A stretch of 61,939 bases of DNA from Bacilli bacterium (GTDB taxonomy: Bacteria > Bacillota_I > Bacilli_A > RF39 > UBA660). A program made the translations under genes and the position numbers. Below, in pieces: positions 38,963-47,452 of this stretch. The notes beneath the pieces are model-generated. The model was not told where the DNA came from. It did not search any database and saw only the letters and a list, made by a program, of their open reading frames with translations. Each line of letters starts with the position of its first letter. Positions within the stretch are counted from its first letter, which is position 1. The stretch is taken from positions 1-61,939 of the forward strand of contig JAFWHR010000007.1 of the NCBI GenBank assembly GCA_017511945.1, in the 5' to 3' direction.

Positions 38963-40216
38963 ATGAAATATAAAGTGTATACGCTTGGATGTAAGGTAAA
39001 TGAATACGAAAGTGAAGTAATGGAAAGTTTGCTTGATAATCATGGATATATTAAATCTGATGATCCTGACATAGCAATTGTTAATACGTGTACGGTAACT
39101 AATAATGCAGATAGTAAATCTAGAAAAATGATTAGAAGTATAAGAAAGAAATATCCAGATGCAATTTTAGTTGTATGTGGTTGTATGATTCAAAATAAAA
39201 AGGATAAAAATATCGATGCAGATATAATAATTGGAAATGAAGGGAAAAGTGAAATTGTAAACTATATTAAAGAGTATAAAAATAAAAAAATATATGATGT
39301 AAAGGATATATTTAAATCTAGTTTTGAAGATATGACACTTTCTGATTTTGATAGAGTTAGAGCTTACATTAAAATTCAAGATGGCTGTGACAATTACTGT
39401 TCATTTTGTATAATACCTTTTGTAAGAGGTCATGTGAGATGTAAAAGAAAAGAAGATATATTAAGTGAGGCTAGGTCTTTAGTTAAAAGTGGACATAGTG
39501 AGATAGTATTAACCGGAATACATACAGGAAATTATCATGATGGAAATTATAGTTTTTCTAATTTAATTGAGGATTTAGTTAAAATAGCTGGAATTAAAAG
39601 ACTTAGAATTTCGTCTGTAGAGATTACCGAGTTAAATAAAAATGTTCTAAATGTAATTAATAAGAACAATGTTTTAGTTGATCATATGCATATACCATTA
39701 CAGTCTGGATCTGATAGAATATTAAATCTCATGAATAGAAAATATGATGTTAACTATTATATTAATAAAATTCGTGAGATAAGAAAAATAAGACCTGACA
39801 TTTCCATAACTACTGATATTATAGTAGGTTTTCCATCGGAGAGAGAAGAAGATTTTAAAGAAACTTTAAATACTATAGAAAGAGTTAAATTTACAAAAAT
39901 ACACGTATTTCCATATTCCGATAGAGATGGCACTAAAGCAAGTAAAATGTGTGATAAAGTAAATGGAAATGTAAAAAGAGAGAGGGTAAAGAAACTTTTA
40001 GAAATATCTAAAAATTTAGAAATTGATTACATGAAAAAATATTTAAATAGAAAAGTTCTATTCATTCCAGAAGTATATAAAGAAGGATATTTATATGGTC
40101 ATACTGGTAATTACTTATATGTTAAAGTTAAAGGTAGAAAAGATATGATTGGAAGAGAAATGGAAGTTTTGATTAATGATATAGAATATCCTTATGTAAT
40201 ATGTAGAGAGTGTTAG
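38963..40216 (+). CDS. mtaB: Radical SAM tRNA methylthiotransferase, MtaB-like
   Basis: N-terminal Cys triad (GCKVN, NTCTVT, CGC), radical SAM CDNYCSFC and a TRAM-like C-terminus. Confidence 0.85.
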   Translation: MKYKVYTLGCKVNEYESEVMESLLDNHGYIKSDDPDIAIVNTCTVTNNADSKSRKMIRSIRKKYPDAILVVCGCMIQNKKDKNIDADIIIGNEGKSEIVNYIKEYKNKKIYDVKDIFKSSFEDMTLSDFDRVRAYIKIQDGCDNYCSFCIIPFVRGHVRCKRKEDILSEARSLVKSGHSEIVLTGIHTGNYHDGNYSFSNLIEDLVKIAGIKRLRISSVEITELNKNVLNVINKNNVLVDHMHIPLQSGSDRILNLMNRKYDVNYYINKIREIRKIRPDISITTDIIVGFPSEREEDFKETLNTIERVKFTKIHVFPYSDRDGTKASKMCDKVNGNVKRERVKKLLEISKNLEIDYMKKYLNRKVLFIPEVYKEGYLYGHTGNYLYVKVKGRKDMIGREMEVLINDIEYPYVICREC

Positions 40217-40237
40217 AAAGTATTCAGGGGGGATGTT

Positions 40238-41320
40238 ATGAGTACTAAGATATCTCAATTAGATGATATTAGTAAAAAAGATATAATTAAAAAAGCATTA
40301 AATCATAAATTGAAATATAGAACTAAAATAGGACTTTCTAAAAAAATTAAATTTGGAATTGAGATAGAAGCACTTGGAAACAGTTTTATGGATGTACTTC
40401 AAAAGCATAAAGATGTTTTTTACTATAAAGATAATCCAATGAGAAAGCCTAGGAATATTTATTCTAATAATAAGTGGATATTATACCATGAGTCTACTTT
40501 ATTTGACGATAGTGGAAGAGGTGTCTATCCTTCTTTTTCAAAACTAAGAAAAAATTACATAAATAATATAGTTGATTGGGAAACTGTTATGTTACCTTTT
40601 TATGAAGGTGGTGAAATCACTAGTCCCATTTTAATTGACGATGTATATTGTTGGGAAGATATTAAAAATATGCTTAAATATATGAAAGATAATATAATTA
40701 ATTTGAGAGTAAATGACAGCTGTTCATGTCATACACACTTTGATATAGGTATTTTCGATAATGATCCATTGACGCTATACAGTTTCATTATATTGCTTGC
40801 TGAATGTGAAACTGTACTTTCTAGATTTTACTCTGGTGAGTTTATAAATTTGAGATCAGCAGTAAATGAGTGGGCTAAACCTATAAAATCGCTAATTAGA
40901 TGTGGGATAGATTTAGATATGGACATTTCATCTTATAAATCTTTGATTAGATCTATATATTTAGGAGATCCTATAATGAAAGAGTATTCCTTTGATTTTT
41001 GGGAAATTTACAACAATTATTATGTAAATCTATCTTCAACATTTGAAAATAGACTTCCAAATGGGACTTTAGAAGAAACAATTATTCAAAATAATGTTAT
41101 GTTAATGGGATATTTAATGGAATATGTGTCAAAAGGAAAATATGATGTAGAAAAAGGTAAATACAATTTAAAAAAAATGAATAAAATAGAAGACCCATTT
41201 TATGTAGCCGATATGCTTCCAAAAGATGATTTTAAATTTGATTTTTTAACTCAATATTATAAGGATGGAAAGTATACTAAATCTAAAGAATTAGTTAGAA
41301 GTAAAAGGATTTTCTACTGA
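40238..41320 (+). CDS. Putative amidoligase (Amidoligase_2, glutamine-synthetase-like fold)
   Basis: FGIEIEA, GGEITSPIL, CHTHFD and FENRLPNGTLEE follow the family order of conserved elements as I recall it. Confidence 0.45.
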   Translation: MSTKISQLDDISKKDIIKKALNHKLKYRTKIGLSKKIKFGIEIEALGNSFMDVLQKHKDVFYYKDNPMRKPRNIYSNNKWILYHESTLFDDSGRGVYPSFSKLRKNYINNIVDWETVMLPFYEGGEITSPILIDDVYCWEDIKNMLKYMKDNIINLRVNDSCSCHTHFDIGIFDNDPLTLYSFIILLAECETVLSRFYSGEFINLRSAVNEWAKPIKSLIRCGIDLDMDISSYKSLIRSIYLGDPIMKEYSFDFWEIYNNYYVNLSSTFENRLPNGTLEETIIQNNVMLMGYLMEYVSKGKYDVEKGKYNLKKMNKIEDPFYVADMLPKDDFKFDFLTQYYKDGKYTKSKELVRSKRIFY

Positions 41321-41375
41321 GCATAGGTTGACAATTAAACCTTCTGTGTGTTAAATTATTGTTGGAGGATTGAAA

Positions 41376-41825
41376 ATGAATGAAAATTATGATGATTATA
41401 AATTACATTTAGTTGGTGAGCAAACTTCAAGGGATGCGATTAGACATTATAGACCTGAAGAGTTTAAAGCGAGAAGTTTTAGAACTTCTAAAAAGATGGA
41501 AAATCCCAAATTATCACCTAGTGACATAGTAAAAAAGGCACTAGTTACTGCAAGTATAATTTCAGTAATTGGGGGAGGAGTAGCAGTTATTAATAATGTT
41601 CAAGATAATAATATTAGCAATGAACAGATAGTTTTTTCTGTTGAAATTCCTTCTCAAATTGCTAATAAGACAGGCGTCAAAGTGGAAGTTGATTCAAATG
41701 GGAATGCAACTATTGTAGATGAGAATGGAAAATATGGTTCACTCAATAATATTTCTGCTATGGAGTATGCTTCAATGCTTGGTTATAACGCTAATATCAA
41801 CTCTAATAATCAAATTGTTAGATGA
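41376..41825 (+). CDS. Hypothetical single-pass membrane protein
   Basis: 149 aa, RBS ggagga. Confidence 0.5.
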   Translation: MNENYDDYKLHLVGEQTSRDAIRHYRPEEFKARSFRTSKKMENPKLSPSDIVKKALVTASIISVIGGGVAVINNVQDNNISNEQIVFSVEIPSQIANKTGVKVEVDSNGNATIVDENGKYGSLNNISAMEYASMLGYNANINSNNQIVR

Positions 41826-41880
41826 TGAAACTCTAGAAATGGAGTTTTTTTCGTGATATAATTTAGTGAGTGGTGGTTTA

Positions 41881-44088
41881 ATGGAAAAGTATGTTAAGGG
41901 AAATTATAGAAAAAGTATATATTCATCAGATAGAGGATATCTAATAGGTCTTTTTAAAGTTAGAGAAACTAATGATGAAAATATGAAAGATTATGTTAAT
42001 AGAACTATTACATTTACAGGATATTTCTACGAATTAAATGAAGATGATACATATATTTTATATGGTGAGGCCAGTAATCATCCGAGATATGGTTTTCAAT
42101 ATAATGTAGATAATTATGAAAAGGTTAAACCTACTGATAAAGATGGTATTATAGAATTTTTATCTAGTGATCTTTTTCCGGGAGTCGGTGAGAAACTTGC
42201 ACAATCTATAGCAGAAACTTTAGGTGATAATGCCTTAGATAATATTATAAGTGATCCATCTTGTTTAAGTTTAGTTCCTCGTCTTTCAGAAAAACTGGCA
42301 AATAGAATTGTAAGTATTTTAAAAAAATACGAAGAGAGTCATGAGATGATAGTGTATTTAACTGATATCGGATTTACTACTAAAGATGCTTTAAGTATAT
42401 ATAACAAATATAAAAGCGCGACAATGAGAACATTAGAATATAATATCTATCAGATTACCTATGATTTAGAAGATATTACATTTTCTAAAGTAGACTCTGC
42501 GGCTTTAAATAGCGGTATTGATAGAAAAGATATTAGAAGATTAGAGGCTTTAACATATAGAGTGATGAAAAAGATAACTTATCAAAATGGTGATACATTT
42601 TTAGATAAAGATACTATTATTAATGGTATAAAAAGTTCAACGGGTATGAATTTAGAAGATGTATTTGATGAGATATCTTTAAATTTAACAGATAAAGATA
42701 AAATTGTTATTAAAGATAATGACTATTATCTAAAAGAGTTATATGATTCAGAGGATTTTATAGTAAACTTTGTATATAATATGTGTAAAAGAGATATAAA
42801 GATTGATAAAAAGGTAGATGATTTACTGCTTTCTATGGAAAAAGCATATAATATTAAATATAATTCAAAACAAAAAGAAGCAGTAAAAAAAGCATTAGAA
42901 AACAACTTTTCAATAATAACCGGTGGTCCAGGAACTGGAAAGACTACTATTATAAAAGCGATCACCGAGATATACCAAAAAATTCATAAGTTGGATTATG
43001 ATGAATTAAATGATATTCTCGCTTTGCTTGCACCAACTGGAAGAGCTTCTAAAAGAATGAGTGAATCTACATTACTTCCCGCATCTACTATTCACAGATT
43101 TCTAAAATGGAATAAAGACTCATCTGAATTTATGATTAATGAATATAATAAATCAAATGTTAAAATTGTGATTGTAGATGAGGCAAGTATGATAGATATA
43201 AGTCTTTTTTATTCATTGCTTAAAGGATTAAAATCAAATGTTAAAATGATTTTAGTTGGAGATTATAATCAACTACCAAGTGTCGGTCCAGGAACTCTTT
43301 TAAAGGATTTTATTTTGTCTAATTGTCTTCCAGTTGTTCATTTAAATTTACTCTATAGACAAGATGAAAACTCTTACATTAATTCACTAGCATCTGATAT
43401 TAAAGATGAAAATGTTAAAGATACATTTTTAAATACGTACTGTGATTATACATTTTTAAAGTGTTCATCACAGCATATTAGAAAAAATTTAAAAAATATT
43501 TGTATGAAGATTAAAGAAAAAGGGTATGATTATAAAAGGGTTCAACTATTGGCTCCTATGTATAAAGGTGAAAATGGAATTGATCTATTGAATAAAGAAC
43601 TTCAAGAAGTTTTTAATCCTTCTAAAAAATCGAAAAAGGAAATAAAATATGGTGATGTAGTATTTAGGGAAAATGATAAGGTACTTCAGCTTGTAAATAT
43701 GCCTGATGAAAACATATTTAATGGAGACATAGGTCAGATTAAATTTATTAAAACTTCTAAAGGACAAAAAGAAATACACGTTGATTTTGATGGTAACATA
43801 GTTAAATATACTCCTAAAAACTTTGCTTCTATAAAACATGGATATATTATAAGCATTCATAAAAGTCAGGGAAGTGAATTTGAACTTGTAATAATTCCCA
43901 TTTCTCATTCGTATAATAGAATGCTTTATAAAAAATTAATTTATACAGCAATTACAAGAGCCAAAAGAAAACTAATACTTATAGGAGAACCAGAAGCTTT
44001 TCTATCTTCTGTATATAATAAAAATGAGTATATTAGAAAATCTCATTTACTTGAAAAAATTAAGTATAAATTCGAAAATACAAGATAA
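41881..44088 (+). CDS. recD2: RecD2-type SF1 DNA helicase
   Basis: GGPGTGKTT, VDEASM, GDYNQLPSVGPG, SIHKSQGSEF and YTAITRAK. Confidence 0.88.
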   Translation: MEKYVKGNYRKSIYSSDRGYLIGLFKVRETNDENMKDYVNRTITFTGYFYELNEDDTYILYGEASNHPRYGFQYNVDNYEKVKPTDKDGIIEFLSSDLFPGVGEKLAQSIAETLGDNALDNIISDPSCLSLVPRLSEKLANRIVSILKKYEESHEMIVYLTDIGFTTKDALSIYNKYKSATMRTLEYNIYQITYDLEDITFSKVDSAALNSGIDRKDIRRLEALTYRVMKKITYQNGDTFLDKDTIINGIKSSTGMNLEDVFDEISLNLTDKDKIVIKDNDYYLKELYDSEDFIVNFVYNMCKRDIKIDKKVDDLLLSMEKAYNIKYNSKQKEAVKKALENNFSIITGGPGTGKTTIIKAITEIYQKIHKLDYDELNDILALLAPTGRASKRMSESTLLPASTIHRFLKWNKDSSEFMINEYNKSNVKIVIVDEASMIDISLFYSLLKGLKSNVKMILVGDYNQLPSVGPGTLLKDFILSNCLPVVHLNLLYRQDENSYINSLASDIKDENVKDTFLNTYCDYTFLKCSSQHIRKNLKNICMKIKEKGYDYKRVQLLAPMYKGENGIDLLNKELQEVFNPSKKSKKEIKYGDVVFRENDKVLQLVNMPDENIFNGDIGQIKFIKTSKGQKEIHVDFDGNIVKYTPKNFASIKHGYIISIHKSQGSEFELVIIPISHSYNRMLYKKLIYTAITRAKRKLILIGEPEAFLSSVYNKNEYIRKSHLLEKIKYKFENTR

Positions 44089-44133
44089 TATATAAATGTA
44101 TGCATACAAACATCGTATTAGGTAGGTGATTTA

Positions 44134-44283
44134 ATGAAAATGAGAGATATGGCCATGATTGCCGTGGGAAGTATGGCAACTATAGCTTATCAAAAGTACA
44201 ATAAAAAAATGATGAAAGCTATGAAAAATACTTTTAGCGGAGCTATGGAGAAAATGGATGAAACTTTAGATAATATGATGTAA
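44134..44283 (+). CDS. Small hypothetical protein (49 aa), not in the ORF track
   Basis: The ATG follows RBS aggtgat, and a hairpin plus T run follows at 44285-44310. Confidence 0.4.
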   Translation: MKMRDMAMIAVGSMATIAYQKYNKKMMKAMKNTFSGAMEKMDETLDNMM

Positions 44284-44341
44284 TGGTGTCACTTATGTGA
44301 TGCCTTTTTATATAGAAAAAAATCCGGTTAAAGGATTTTAA

Positions 44342-44857
44342 TTATTTTTTTACATTTATTTTAGTTTTTAGACTTTTAATATCATTATTTAAAGATTGAA
44401 TAACTTCACGAATTATATGTCTGTTTTTGTTAACGTAGTCATTTATTACGATATGTGGTTTTATTTTAGAAAATATGTTGGAATTTTCATTGTTGTATCT
44501 AAGGACGATATTATCGTTTTCATATGATTCATTATATCTTGATTCATATCTGATGTTAAATGGATAATCCATCTCATTATTAGTGGAAAATACGATTTTT
44601 TCGTTATGTGATGGAGTTAAATTGATATGTGGCGAAAGAAGATCGTATTTTATTTTGTATGTTATTTCACTCATATCATCGTTAATAGATACACCGACAT
44701 ATAATAGTGTAGGTAGAAATTCTAAATTATTACTTTTTATCTTTTTCCACTGTCCATCTTTTGAGAGATATTCCAATCTTTCTACTTCAATTAAAGCTTG
44801 ATGTTCATGCAAGTTTTCTAAAAGATTGATTTTACTTATAAAATCATCTTGCTTCAT
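44342..44857 (-). CDS. Hypothetical protein
   Basis: 171 aa with a very strong RBS agggaggaa. Confidence 0.6.
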   Translation of the reverse strand: MKQDDFISKINLLENLHEHQALIEVERLEYLSKDGQWKKIKSNNLEFLPTLLYVGVSINDDMSEITYKIKYDLLSPHINLTPSHNEKIVFSTNNEMDYPFNIRYESRYNESYENDNIVLRYNNENSNIFSKIKPHIVINDYVNKNRHIIREVIQSLNNDIKSLKTKINVKK

Positions 44858-44961
44858 ATGTTTCCTCCCTTAAGTAAGATGTATTTTACTACATTATAAA
44901 TGGACTGTCAAATTTGAATAAAGTATTTCTATTTATTCATAATAATAAATGGTGATTATGT

Positions 44962-45726
44962 ATGAAAACTATTTTAATAACTGGCGGTAGAAGTGGAATA
45001 ATTAAAAACGTTATTTCAAAAGTTAAAGATAACTATAATATATATATTACAGTCCATACAAATTCTGAACTTAAAGCAGTTAAAAAACTTTATGGGAAGT
45101 ATAATAATATAAAATGTTTTAAATTAGATGTTACTGATCATAACGATTTAAATAAATTAAGTAAATTAAAAATAGATATACTAATATGTAATGCCGCAGT
45201 TATGGAAAGTGGAAGTATATTAGATATTCCTTTTGAAAACGTTAAAAGATGTTTTGAAACTAATTATTTTAGTGTAATTAAAATTGTAAGAAAAGTAATA
45301 AAAGATGATTTAAAGATAATTGTCATGTCTTCACTCGCAAGTTCAATTCCAATTCCCTTTGATGGAGTATACTCATCATCTAAAGCAGCTTTATCTCATG
45401 TTATGAGGTGTTTTAATTTAGAGTGTAAACTTACTGAAAAAAAAGTAAGTGTAACTGTAATAGAGCCAGGACTTTACATGACAGGATTTAATGAATACGG
45501 ATTTGAAAAGAAGTATGAATTTATGGATATAGAATCATTTTTTAAAGATAAAATAGATATGATAAAAAGATATGATAATATAGTTTTAAAGATTCTTCAG
45601 AGTAAAAGATTTAATTCAATTACTAAAAAAATAGTAAAAGCTATAGAATCTGAAAACCCAAAGATGTTTTACCGTGCACCATTTATACAAGTTTTATTCG
45701 CAAAATTATATATTTTTTTCTCTTAA
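44962..45726 (+). CDS. Short-chain dehydrogenase/reductase family protein
   Basis: TGGRSGIG-like N-terminus, NAAV and YSSSK catalytic motif. Confidence 0.8.
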   Translation: MKTILITGGRSGIIKNVISKVKDNYNIYITVHTNSELKAVKKLYGKYNNIKCFKLDVTDHNDLNKLSKLKIDILICNAAVMESGSILDIPFENVKRCFETNYFSVIKIVRKVIKDDLKIIVMSSLASSIPIPFDGVYSSSKAALSHVMRCFNLECKLTEKKVSVTVIEPGLYMTGFNEYGFEKKYEFMDIESFFKDKIDMIKRYDNIVLKILQSKRFNSITKKIVKAIESENPKMFYRAPFIQVLFAKLYIFFS

Positions 45727-45759
45727 TTAGTGTATAATACTTTATAAGAGGTGAAAAAA

Positions 45760-47340
45760 ATGACTGATATTGAAATTGCACATTTATGTAAACTAAAACC
45801 AGTAAAAGATATATTTAATGATGCCGACTTTTTAGAATGCTTTGGTAAATATAAAGCAAAGATCGATTTAAATGTCATTAAGGGTAAAAAGAGAAAAGGA
45901 AAATTAATACTAGTTACATCTATAAATCCTACTCCATATGGTGAGGGAAAAACTACTATGTCTATAGGAATATATGATGCTTTTAAAAAACTTAAGAAAA
46001 ATGCTCTTTTATGTTTAAGAGAGCCTTCATTAGGACCTGTATTTGGAATTAAAGGTGGAGCAACTGGAGGAGGTAAGGCTCAAGTTGTACCTATGGAGGA
46101 TATAAACTTACACTTTACTGGAGATATTCATGCAATAACATCGGCAAATAACTTACTTTGTGCGGCAATAGATAATCATATATTTCAAGGTAATAAACTA
46201 AATATAGATAAGGTTACTTTTAACAGATGTATGGATGTAAATGATAGAGCTTTAAGGAATGTAACAGTTAAAACTAGTAGAACTTCTAGAGGTGACAGTT
46301 TTAACATTACTGCTGCCTCTGAAGTTATGGCTATTTTATGCCTTTCTAAGAATTTAGAGGATTTAAAAAGAAGACTTGGAAATATTATTGTAGGATTTAA
46401 CATAGATAATAAACCAGTGTATGCTAAAGATTTAAAGATAGAAAATGCTATGACAATTTTACTTAAAGATGCCATTAAACCTAATTTGGTACAGACATTG
46501 GAAAACAATCCGGTGATTATTCACGGTGGACCTTTTGCCAATATTGCTCATGGATGTAATAGTATAATCGCAACGGATTTAGCTTTGAGACTTTCTGATT
46601 ATGTAATAACTGAAGCAGGCTTTGGTGCTGATTTAGGGGCAGAGAAGTTTTTAGATGTAAAATGTCGTAGTTATGATTTTAAACCTGATGCAATTATGAT
46701 AAATGTAACAATTAGAAGTTTAAAGTATGATATTGATAATAAAGATAAATCAGATATAAATAGAGGGCTTAAACATTTAAAAATACATATAGAGAATATG
46801 AAAAAATATTTAGATAATGTACATGTTTGTTTAAATAAATTTGACGATGATTTAGAAGAAGACATTTCTATAGTAAGAAGAGCGTGTGAAGAGATGGATG
46901 TTACTTTTACATTATGTGATGCATATTCTAAAGGCTCTGATGGTGCTTTAGAGACAGCTAAATGTCTAATTGATTCATTGGATAAGAATTATAAGTTTAA
47001 TTATTTATATGATATAGATGATAGTATTGAAGAAAAAATTGAAAAAGTTATTAAAAAAATGTATAGAGCAAAAGAAGTATATTATACAGATGACTCTATA
47101 GATAAAATTAAATATTTAGAGAAAAACAAATTAGATAAATATCCAATTGTAATAGCTAAAACTCCATATGTTTTAGGGGTTGATAAGATAATGACTGTTA
47201 AAGATATCAAACTAAACTCAGGAGCTGAATTTATAACTGTATATTTAGATGACATAATGACCATGCCAGGTCTTTCTAAAAATCCAGCATATATTAATAT
47301 GCATATAGACAAAAATGGAAATATTGAAGGTATTTTTTAA
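45760..47340 (+). CDS. fhs: Formate-tetrahydrofolate ligase
   Basis: TDIEIA, INPTPYGEGKTT, EPSLGPVFGIKGGA and GGPFANIAHG. Confidence 0.9.
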   Translation: MTDIEIAHLCKLKPVKDIFNDADFLECFGKYKAKIDLNVIKGKKRKGKLILVTSINPTPYGEGKTTMSIGIYDAFKKLKKNALLCLREPSLGPVFGIKGGATGGGKAQVVPMEDINLHFTGDIHAITSANNLLCAAIDNHIFQGNKLNIDKVTFNRCMDVNDRALRNVTVKTSRTSRGDSFNITAASEVMAILCLSKNLEDLKRRLGNIIVGFNIDNKPVYAKDLKIENAMTILLKDAIKPNLVQTLENNPVIIHGGPFANIAHGCNSIIATDLALRLSDYVITEAGFGADLGAEKFLDVKCRSYDFKPDAIMINVTIRSLKYDIDNKDKSDINRGLKHLKIHIENMKKYLDNVHVCLNKFDDDLEEDISIVRRACEEMDVTFTLCDAYSKGSDGALETAKCLIDSLDKNYKFNYLYDIDDSIEEKIEKVIKKMYRAKEVYYTDDSIDKIKYLEKNKLDKYPIVIAKTPYVLGVDKIMTVKDIKLNSGAEFITVYLDDIMTMPGLSKNPAYINMHIDKNGNIEGIF

Positions 47341-47452
47341 AAATTATTAAAGTTAAGCACACGTAATTACATCAATTGTATATGTTGGTGTGCTGGCTTT
47401 TTTTTTATATTTAGTGTATAATTTTTATAGAAAAAGTAAAAGGTGATTTAAG

